From Turneriella sp. (lineage in GTDB: Bacteria; Spirochaetota; Leptospiria; Turneriellales; Turneriellaceae), in NCBI GenBank assembly GCA_965279515.1, contig CBDIID010000003.1:3616001-3680000 (forward strand): a DNA stretch of 64,000 bases, written 5' to 3'. The position numbers were made by a program, and so were the translations under genes. The first letter of the stretch is position 1, and each line of letters opens with the position of its first letter. This document shows, piece after piece, positions 56,438-64,000 of this stretch. Under the pieces are notes generated by a model, which saw nothing but the letters and a program-made list of their open reading frames with translations, was not told where the DNA came from and searched no databases.

Positions 56438-57075
56438 CCGGCGGCGGGCTCTTCAACAAATTCGGTAAGCAGTTCAATACCGGCGAAATTATCTTCTGCG
56501 AATTTGAGCCTGGCAACAGCTTTTATCTTATCCAGACGGGCAGGATAAAAATCTCCAAAGTCGTCAAAGACAAAGAGAAGACGATGGATATCCTCGGCGT
56601 CGGCGACATTTTCGGCGAAATGGCGATTCTCGAAGAGCAGCCGCGCTCGGCGACCGCAACGGCGATCGAACCCGTCACGGTACTGCATTTTGACCGGGAT
56701 AATTTTGTCTCGATGATGATGAGCCAGCCGCAGCTTGCTTTCAAACTCCTGGTAGTGTTCTCAAAACGTATCTATGACGCCAAACGCCGCCTCATGATAC
56801 TCCTGCTCGACGATATACAGTCGAAGATTGCGGACGTTTTCCTGATGCTGGCCGAAAAAGAGCCGACTTTTGCCAATATGCGCGAGGTCTCGTTTCCTGT
56901 GACGATCGACGATGTCGCCAATTGGGCGGGTACCGGCACCGACCAGGTCTCAGAGCAGCTCAACCATTGGGCCAAAATCGGTAAAATTGAGCTTTACAGT
57001 GACCGCATTTTCGTACGGAATATGGCGGATTTTAAAAGGATTGTCGCGCAGAAGCGGAAGGTTGAAAAAAGATAA
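56434..57075 (+). CDS. Crp/Fnr-family transcriptional regulator
   Basis: GDIFGEMAILEEQPRSATA; C-terminal HTH-like region. Confidence 0.88.
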   Translation: MTGGGLFNKFGKQFNTGEIIFCEFEPGNSFYLIQTGRIKISKVVKDKEKTMDILGVGDIFGEMAILEEQPRSATATAIEPVTVLHFDRDNFVSMMMSQPQLAFKLLVVFSKRIYDAKRRLMILLLDDIQSKIADVFLMLAEKEPTFANMREVSFPVTIDDVANWAGTGTDQVSEQLNHWAKIGKIELYSDRIFVRNMADFKRIVAQKRKVEKR

Positions 57076-57115
57076 ACATTAGCCCGCTTTCTGCCGATAT
57101 AGACTAGGGGAAACT

Positions 57116-57919
57116 ATGTTACGGAAAATCATTTTTGCCATGCTGTTGTCCGCGCCGCTCGTATTTGCGCAGACCAACGAAAATAAAGGTACGGGAGCTG
57201 CAAAAGCCCCTACGGGAACCGATGCCCAGCCTGCGGGCGGACGCATTCGCGATGAGCGGGTTTCGGTCGAAAACATGACGTTCTGGAAAAAGAACGCCAC
57301 GGACGGCAAGGGTGACTACCTTGAGTTCACCTTCGACATCGTCAACAAGACCGAAGACAGCATTCCCCTGAAAATGTTCATCATCGCCTTCAATGAACGC
57401 GACCTCGTCGACGCGGAATACCGCCGCTACGTGGAATATCCTAAATGGCGCAAATGGGACGAAGATAAGAAGATGCACAAACTGGTGCTCTTCAACAGCA
57501 TCCCTGACACGAAGCACGAAGATGTCGCGGCATACGCGCGCAAGAAAGAGGAGACTGTCGCCAAGAACGGCGGTTTTAAGCCTAAAGATGAGCCAGCGCA
57601 ACCAACCGGTAACAAAAAAAAGTCACCCACGCTGAAGGAATTTCTGCACTACGTACAGTATGTTCATGATAACCCAAACTCGGGTCTCGACGTCATGCTG
57701 CAGGGTTTTGAAGACGCCAAATTCACGCGCAAGGTCGAGCCGACCTACCGCATCGAAGAAAAAGCACTCAAAACCAACGTCTGGGGCAAGCTGCTGTCGC
57801 GCTACCGCGTCGACCGTAAGTTCTTCAACCATATCGGCCTTGTGCTCTACGATACAGAAACAAAAAAAATCGTACACCGCCAGTTCTACAGCATCAACGG
57901 CAAATTCAAGATTCTCTGA
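57116..57919 (+). CDS. Hypothetical secreted protein
   Basis: AGGGGA RBS, signal peptide (VFA-Q), 267-aa ORF. Confidence 0.75.
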   Translation: MLRKIIFAMLLSAPLVFAQTNENKGTGAAKAPTGTDAQPAGGRIRDERVSVENMTFWKKNATDGKGDYLEFTFDIVNKTEDSIPLKMFIIAFNERDLVDAEYRRYVEYPKWRKWDEDKKMHKLVLFNSIPDTKHEDVAAYARKKEETVAKNGGFKPKDEPAQPTGNKKKSPTLKEFLHYVQYVHDNPNSGLDVMLQGFEDAKFTRKVEPTYRIEEKALKTNVWGKLLSRYRVDRKFFNHIGLVLYDTETKKIVHRQFYSINGKFKIL

Positions 57920-57975
57920 CGAACCCACCCGATAAGTCTTGTCGTCGCGGCTCAGCAATTTAACCGCGACGTAAG

Positions 57976-58464
57976 ATGCTCACCCGCCGTATCGGCCAGT
58001 TTTTTGAGCGCAGCCGTGAGCACTGGCTGTTCGTGCCGCTCTTTGTGCTGCTGATTCTGTCGTTCATCTATGTTTTTTTTATTGGTGAGAAGGGGCTCAT
58101 GGCCTACCGCGTGCGGCTGCACGAACGCGAAGAACTGAAGACGCAGATCGAAAATTTTACCCGTCAGAAGGCGGAGCTCAAACAGAAACTGGTGATGCTG
58201 AGCAATAAAGACATGGCGGTCCAGAAGTTCAGTAAGGATTTCTACCTGTTTCAGGAAAAGGTGCGCATTCTGAAATTCCGCGAGGGCAGCGAAGAGAAAC
58301 TTCCCGAAATTACGGCAGCCGCCGATCTGGCGACGACGCAGAAATTTTATATTATTTTTACCAGCATTGTGATCGCGCTTGTCACATTGTTCTTCTACCG
58401 CCGCAACACCGCGCGCATGAATATGGATAAAGTGCGGCCTTTTGCGCTTTCAGACGATACTTGA
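57976..58464 (+). CDS. FtsB/DivIC-like septum formation initiator protein
   Basis: TM followed by GEKGL and a coiled coil; extra C-terminal TM. Confidence 0.6.
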   Translation: MLTRRIGQFFERSREHWLFVPLFVLLILSFIYVFFIGEKGLMAYRVRLHEREELKTQIENFTRQKAELKQKLVMLSNKDMAVQKFSKDFYLFQEKVRILKFREGSEEKLPEITAAADLATTQKFYIIFTSIVIALVTLFFYRRNTARMNMDKVRPFALSDDT

Positions 58465-58470
58465 GGTAAG

Positions 58471-60018
58471 ATGCGAATATTTTTCCTGGGCTCAGTGCTT
58501 GTTACGGTGGGACTATTTGCCGCCGACCCGCTGGTTAAATACCGTGCCGCCGTCGAAAAATTCGAAGCGAAAAAATACGCTGACGCGCAGAAACTTTTCA
58601 ACGAATTCATTACTGAAAATCCCTACGAAGCCGAGGTAAAAAAGTCATGGTATTACATGGCGCTGACCTCTGAAGCGCAGGGCCACTACCACGAAGCCAT
58701 TACCCGGGCAAACATCACGCTCGAGCGTTATCCCGGGCATAATGACCGCCTCGAACTCAAGGTGCTTACAGGCGAATGCCTCTACAAAGTGAATGCGCAT
58801 GCCCGCGCTGAGAAGATTCTGCTCGATACCGGCCGCACGGTAAAAGAGGGCAAGCTGCGTTACCGCATCGACAAGACGCTCGGTCTCATTGCCTATGATG
58901 CGCGCCTGCTCCCCAAAGCGACGACCCACCTCAAGGCGGCGCTGCGCATCCATGAAAAAACTCCGACGGGCGATGCGGATGTTTTTACGGTCTACAAAAC
59001 TTTAGGTACGATCTATGCGGATGACGCGCTGCAGATCGAAGCCGCAGCGACTTACCTGCAGTCGGCGATACAGATCGGCGAGGCGCAGAAGAATCCCGAG
59101 GTGAAAACGCTCCGGGTTTTACTGAGAAAAATTTCACTGCGTCGCATCGACAAGCTGAACGGCTTGCCTGACAACTCGATCGCCGATATCCGTGTCGACG
59201 GCGACGATATCTATGTCGCGACCTGGGGTGCGGGGCTCGTGCGTTACCTGAGATCACAGGATAAGCTGGAGAAGATACCCTTGCCGTCGCCGCAGCTACG
59301 CGGTATCTATGTGGATTTTGAAGAAATCTTTGTCACATCTTTCGATGGTGTTTACCGCATCGCGAAGAAAACCGGCAAAACTTCTGCCTTGAGCGACGAC
59401 TCGGGCGAACTGAAACTTGGGCAAAAAACCATCAAAGATGACCGGTATATTTATTTTTCCACGCTCAACCGCGGACTCATTCAGTATGATACCATCAAGA
59501 AGAAGGTTGTAACCCTGGGCAAAGAATCGTGGGTCGGATCAAATCAGGTCTATGCCATCGACGCGGATGTCGATTACATCGCCGTGGGTACGCTCGATCG
59601 CGGTGCCGCCATCCATAATAAGAAGACGGGCGAAACCTTTCGCATCATGACCGGCGAGGGGGGGCTCAGATCAGAGAATGTGAAGGCGGTACTGCTCGAC
59701 GGGCGTTATGTCTATGTCGGCGCGCACAACGACGGCGTCTATGTCTATGACATCCGCGAGAAAAAACTGACCCGCCTCAAAATGGAGCTGCCTTTCCCGT
59801 CTGCATTTGCCCGCCGCGATAATGAGATCTTCATCGGCACGTCGGGGCAGGGCATTCGTATTCTCGACCGCAACGATAACAGCGTCGAGAAGCTCAGCGC
59901 CGTCGAAGGCTTAAGCTCGAACGAAGTGCAGATTCTGCGCATCGAGGGCGACTTTCTCTGGGTGGGTTATCTGGAGAATGGCATCGATGTGGTCTATAGG
60001 CCACAAAAAGAGAAATAA
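58471..60018 (+). CDS. Secreted TPR + beta-propeller protein
   Basis: Signal peptide, TPR helices, repeats GLPDNSI/GLRSENV/GLSSNEV with VATWGAGL-type blades. Confidence 0.75.
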   Translation: MRIFFLGSVLVTVGLFAADPLVKYRAAVEKFEAKKYADAQKLFNEFITENPYEAEVKKSWYYMALTSEAQGHYHEAITRANITLERYPGHNDRLELKVLTGECLYKVNAHARAEKILLDTGRTVKEGKLRYRIDKTLGLIAYDARLLPKATTHLKAALRIHEKTPTGDADVFTVYKTLGTIYADDALQIEAAATYLQSAIQIGEAQKNPEVKTLRVLLRKISLRRIDKLNGLPDNSIADIRVDGDDIYVATWGAGLVRYLRSQDKLEKIPLPSPQLRGIYVDFEEIFVTSFDGVYRIAKKTGKTSALSDDSGELKLGQKTIKDDRYIYFSTLNRGLIQYDTIKKKVVTLGKESWVGSNQVYAIDADVDYIAVGTLDRGAAIHNKKTGETFRIMTGEGGLRSENVKAVLLDGRYVYVGAHNDGVYVYDIREKKLTRLKMELPFPSAFARRDNEIFIGTSGQGIRILDRNDNSVEKLSAVEGLSSNEVQILRIEGDFLWVGYLENGIDVVYRPQKEK

Positions 60019-60024
60019 CGCCGC

Positions 60025-60900
60025 TTAGGCGAATGTCTCTTTGTTGCCGATGAACTTAATCCCGGGATTCTCTTTCGCTTTCGCCAGGAAACTGCGCCAG
60101 ATGCGGTCGATCATATTCGCCGCCTGGCCCGTCGGTGCCATGAACTGCAGGTGCAAGACAATATGGCCGCCCTGCATCTCGGTTAAAACCCGCGGTTCGC
60201 GGTAACCCGACATGACATCGCGGTCATCCTCATCGGTCTCTTGCTGCTCTTTGGCGGCGATCGCCGTCGCATAGTGTTCGTTCGTGATCGAGCTCAGCAG
60301 AGCCGCGGCAGAATCCCAGTCAGACACAGCGTCGAGATGCACGTGGATCTCCTGAAAGGTATGCGCGATCTGTTTGCTCGTGGTGGCGATGATTTCGGTG
60401 AAAATTTTCGCGTTCGGGAAAAAAATAATGCGCCCGGTGGTGAGTCCCCCCTCGGTGCTTGAAACTTCCATGATGCTGGTTTCCATGAGGCGGATGTCAA
60501 TCACGTCGCCCGCAATCTGCCCCATCTGCACGCGGTCGCCGATCACGTAGGGCCGGCGGATGACGATATAGGCCCAGCCGCCGATGCACAGCCAGAGATC
60601 ACGCGTGACGATCAGAAAACCGGCACCGAAAATACCCAAAAAGGTGGCAATGTTACGGATAGAGGGCAGCCAGACGGGCAGCAGTAAAAAGACACCGACG
60701 AAAAATACGAAATATGAAACGCCGCGCCGGTAACGCATGCGCACGAATTTGTCTTCGATGCTGCGGTTGGCGATGCCGACCACCATCGCGCGTATGAGTA
60801 CCAGGAGCACAACCACGATCGCCGTCGCGATGTAGGTGTGCCCCGTTGTGAGTTTAACCCAGAGATTATTGAGATTCGTCGGACTGAAAAAATCAGCCAT
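60025..60900 (-). CDS. MscS-family mechanosensitive channel
   Basis: 3 TM, RPYVIGDRVQMG, GDVIDI, FPN. Confidence 0.88.
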   Translation of the reverse strand: MADFFSPTNLNNLWVKLTTGHTYIATAIVVVLLVLIRAMVVGIANRSIEDKFVRMRYRRGVSYFVFFVGVFLLLPVWLPSIRNIATFLGIFGAGFLIVTRDLWLCIGGWAYIVIRRPYVIGDRVQMGQIAGDVIDIRLMETSIMEVSSTEGGLTTGRIIFFPNAKIFTEIIATTSKQIAHTFQEIHVHLDAVSDWDSAAALLSSITNEHYATAIAAKEQQETDEDDRDVMSGYREPRVLTEMQGGHIVLHLQFMAPTGQAANMIDRIWRSFLAKAKENPGIKFIGNKETFA

Positions 60901-60903
60901 GCA

Positions 60904-62712
60904 TTATGCGCTGCGTTTTCTCATCGAAGGATTGAGAACTTTTTTGCGCAAACGCAGGCTTGAAGGAGTCACTTCAAGGGTTTCGTCATCTTCGAGAAAG
61001 TCGAGGCACTGTTCGAGCGACATTTTTTTATGAGGCACGAGGCGCAGCGCTTCGTCTGTACCCGAAGCACGGACGTTACTCTGCTTTTTTTCCTTAATCG
61101 GGTTCACGTCGAGGTCATTATCTTTTGCATGCAGGCCAATGACCATGCCAACGTAGACAGGTACCTGGGCAGTGACGAACAGGTCACCGCGGTCCTGGAT
61201 ACTGAAAAGAGCATAGGCGTTGGTTGCGCCGGCTTCCATACTGACGATCGCGCCACGCGTACGGCCAGAGAAATCGCCCGCGTAAGGGCGGTAACCCAGG
61301 AACAAACCTGACATTGAGCCTTCACCGCGCGTTTCAGTTAAGAAAAAGCTGCGGAAACCGATGAGGCCGCGCGTCGGCATTTCATATTTGATGCGGACGA
61401 ACCCTGTTGACAGGGTTTCCATAATCATCATCATACCTTTGCGGCGGTTCAGTTCCTGTATGACACCACCTGAATACGTTTCTGGCATATCCATAACCAT
61501 TTCTTCAAACGGTTCAAGCTTTTCGCCGTTTTCTGTTTTGAAGATAACCTGTGGTTTTGAGACACCCAGTTCAAATCCTTCGCGGCGCATATTCTCGATG
61601 AGGATTGCGAGCTGCAGTTCGCCCCGACCGGCGACTTCGAACGAATCTCCGCGGTCCTGGACTTTGAGCGAGAGATTGGTTTTCAGTTCGCGTTCCAGGC
61701 GCTCGCGTATGTTACGTGAAGTCACCCATTTACCTTCTTTGCCGGCAAATGGCGAGTCGTTGACCCAGAACTGCATCGATACCGTTGGTGGTTCGATCTT
61801 GATGCGAGGTAACGCCTCTGCGACGCTTTCAGCGCAGAGCGTATCGCCGATCGTCATCTCTTCGATACCCGCGATCGCGATAATGTTAGGGCACGATGCT
61901 TCGTTGACCTCGATGCGCTTGAGCCCGAGGAAGTCGAACAGCTTCGTGATTTTGTGTTTTGACACGGTGGGTTCGCCTTTTTCATTTTCACCGCGCAGAA
62001 CGACTTGGTCTCCGACTTTGACTGAACCATTGAAGACGCGGCCGATACAGATACGGCCGAGATAGTCGTTGTAGTCGAGGTTCGTCACCTGGAATGTGAA
62101 TGGGCCTGCGGCATCGCCGGCGCCGTCGCGAGCATATTTCATGACAGTGTCGAGCAGTGGTTTAATCGATGCCTTAGACTCGGGCTTTTCGAAATCCGCC
62201 CAATCTAAGAATGCATAGTTGTTCTTCGCACTGGCATAGATAACCGGGAAGTCTGTCTGTTCATCGGAAGCGTTGAGCTCGACGAAGAGGTCGAAAACAT
62301 CGTTGATCACCAGCTGGGGATCGCAGTTGGGTTTATCTACCTTATTGATAACGAGAATAATTTTGTGACCGAGTTCGAGCGCTTTTTTCAGAACAAAGCG
62401 CGTCTGCGGCATCGGGCCTTCCATCGCGTCGACGAGCAGTAAGCAGGTGTCGACCATACGCAGAATACGCTCGACTTCGCCGCCGAAGTCGCTGTGACCC
62501 GGGGTATCGACGATGTTGATGCGGGTGCCTTCGTATTCGACGGCGGTGTTCTTCGCAAGAATCGTGATACCACGTTCTTTTTCAAGATCATTCGAGTCCA
62601 TGGCGCGTTCCGTCACGTCTTTGGCGTCGCCGCCGGAGCAGAAGTTTAGAATCTTGTCGACGAGGGTTGTTTTACCGTGGTCGACGTGAGCAATAATGGC
62701 AATGTTTTTCAT
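60904..62712 (-). CDS. typA: Translational GTPase TypA/BipA
   Basis: [54 protein letters not shown]. Confidence 0.97.
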   Translation of the reverse strand: MKNIAIIAHVDHGKTTLVDKILNFCSGGDAKDVTERAMDSNDLEKERGITILAKNTAVEYEGTRINIVDTPGHSDFGGEVERILRMVDTCLLLVDAMEGPMPQTRFVLKKALELGHKIILVINKVDKPNCDPQLVINDVFDLFVELNASDEQTDFPVIYASAKNNYAFLDWADFEKPESKASIKPLLDTVMKYARDGAGDAAGPFTFQVTNLDYNDYLGRICIGRVFNGSVKVGDQVVLRGENEKGEPTVSKHKITKLFDFLGLKRIEVNEASCPNIIAIAGIEEMTIGDTLCAESVAEALPRIKIEPPTVSMQFWVNDSPFAGKEGKWVTSRNIRERLERELKTNLSLKVQDRGDSFEVAGRGELQLAILIENMRREGFELGVSKPQVIFKTENGEKLEPFEEMVMDMPETYSGGVIQELNRRKGMMMIMETLSTGFVRIKYEMPTRGLIGFRSFFLTETRGEGSMSGLFLGYRPYAGDFSGRTRGAIVSMEAGATNAYALFSIQDRGDLFVTAQVPVYVGMVIGLHAKDNDLDVNPIKEKKQSNVRASGTDEALRLVPHKKMSLEQCLDFLEDDETLEVTPSSLRLRKKVLNPSMRKRSA

Positions 62713-62833
62713 AGTTTTGTACGCTGCCAAAAACTGGAGTCGAGATGAGGTGTAAACCAAAGAAGATATGCCGGCTAGCTGCCGGATTTCAGGAAAATCA
62801 CGACGGCCCTGTCAGCAGGGCCGCCGCAAAGTA

Positions 62834-63493
62834 TCAGAAAGTATAGTTCGCGGCAATTCCCGGCATAATATTGAAGGAATTGGCCGAGTAGTCAGCGGCA
62901 CTGGCCTGCCCCATGGGCTGGTTCACGGTGGCGAAAGAATAAGCGAAATTCACGAACCCGCTGAGCGAAAATTCGCGCGTGATTTGATAATCGTATCCGG
63001 CGCGCAGCGACGCGATCGGGGACAAAAGGATTTTCGTAGTGGCAGAGCCGTTATCTGCTTTGAGCAATCCCACCGAATAGCCGAAGCCCGCGCCCGCCCA
63101 TAATCCTTTGATGAAATAATACCGGGCCAGCAGTTCCATGGGAATATAGGTAAGCCTTTCGGTCTGTTCCTGGCCGAAGTAGGTGGCTGTGTTGGTATAA
63201 ATCTGCATATACCCGGCGGAGAAACCGACCTGTGTCCGTGAGTTTCCGTACCAGCCGATGGCGCCGAAAGACGGAGAATAATAAGTCCCCGAATTTGACA
63301 GAGTGGAATCCACGGCCTTCGAGAAGGTGCTTTTCGTCGAATAGTTGAAAGCGCCCCAGGCAGATAGCTGGAAATTCGCATTCTTCCAGAATTCGTAAGA
63401 TGCCGGCTCTGATGTGCCTGATTTTTCCTGCGCATGGATCGGTACCAGCAGGATTGCCGCCATCGAGATTGCCATCGTAATTTTTTTCATCAT
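62834..63493 (-). CDS. Outer-membrane beta-barrel-like protein
   Basis: GGAG RBS, signal peptide, aromatic-rich strands, terminal NYTF. Confidence 0.7.
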   Translation of the reverse strand: MMKKITMAISMAAILLVPIHAQEKSGTSEPASYEFWKNANFQLSAWGAFNYSTKSTFSKAVDSTLSNSGTYYSPSFGAIGWYGNSRTQVGFSAGYMQIYTNTATYFGQEQTERLTYIPMELLARYYFIKGLWAGAGFGYSVGLLKADNGSATTKILLSPIASLRAGYDYQITREFSLSGFVNFAYSFATVNQPMGQASAADYSANSFNIMPGIAANYTF

Positions 63494-63500
63494 TAACTCC

Positions 63501-64000
63501 TTATCCGTTTTTTCTTAAAAGTTCGAGATCGCTGACAAGGCGGTCGAGATCCATACCGCCGCGCGTGCGGTAGATACCCCGCAGGTAAGCATTCTTATCC
63601 AACAGATAGATATTTTCTGTGTGGAGAAAGTCCGTGCCGCCGTCGGTCCGGCTTTTGGTGACGACATCGGCGTTAAAGGTTTTGCGTGCTATCTGGTAGA
63701 TCGCCTCTTTTGCGCCGGTTAAGAAATACCAGTTCTGTTGGGTCGCAGAGAAGCGCGCCTTGTAATTTTTTAAAACCTCTGCCGAGTCGTTCTCGGGATC
63801 GACACTGATTGAAAGAAAAACAAGATCGCGCTGGTCGGGGATTTTTGCCGAAAGTTTTTTAACGTTTGCGGTTACCATTGGGCAGATACCTGAACAGCGG
63901 GCAAAAAAGAAACCGACCAACGTAAATTTATCGGCGAGATTTTTTTTGGCGATTTCGCGTCCCGATTCAGAGATCAGCGAAAAGTCATTCAGTCGCCGCA
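63501..64000 (-). CDS. SCO1/SenC-family copper chaperone (5' end outside the window)
   Basis: FFFARCSGICP, SISVDPEND, WYFLTG, FLHTENIYLLD; frame open to the window edge. Confidence 0.92.
   Translation of the reverse strand, partial: RRLNDFSLISESGREIAKKNLADKFTLVGFFFARCSGICPMVTANVKKLSAKIPDQRDLVFLSISVDPENDSAEVLKNYKARFSATQQNWYFLTGAKEAIYQIARKTFNADVVTKSRTDGGTDFLHTENIYLLDKNAYLRGIYRTRGGMDLDRLVSDLELLRKNG

Overview
Chromosomal window from a GC-moderate spirochete; gene content and order suggest Leptospiraceae, Turneriella-like (inference, not a database match). Core and housekeeping genes: fliO-fliP, mgtE-trpC, rpsB-tsf-pyrH-frr-uppS, cmoA-cmoB, htpG, an RsmB/NOP methyltransferase, a chemosensory operon (cheY-STAS-cheA-MCP-cheW-cheR-cheD-cheB), hpf-hprK-ptsH, bactofilin/M23 genes, a Crp cluster, mscS, typA and an SCO gene cut by the window edge. 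An AT-richer accessory region at about 13.7-20.4 kb carries orphan envelope genes, long hairpin repeats and a VapBC module flanked by a duplicated gst 5' end. The main signal not explained by the genes is a set of small palindromic elements. (i) A DUF559 nuclease gene bracketed by inverted C-rich/G-rich hairpins with a (G)TGA direct repeat; removing it restores a stop/start overlap, and nuclease-free copies occur at htpG/RsmB. (ii) Three copies of a 54-61 nt double-hairpin element with GGA-type loops and co-varying stems, two of them in frame inside proteins. (iii) A perfect 36-bp palindrome inside cmoA. (iv) Two cruciform MITE-like elements next to TAG stops. Also seen: a single-base frameshift in an HDAC/AcuC gene, an apparent CTG start for hprK, and an HPF with two tandem C-terminal domains. 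No rRNA, tRNA or CRISPR array was recognised.
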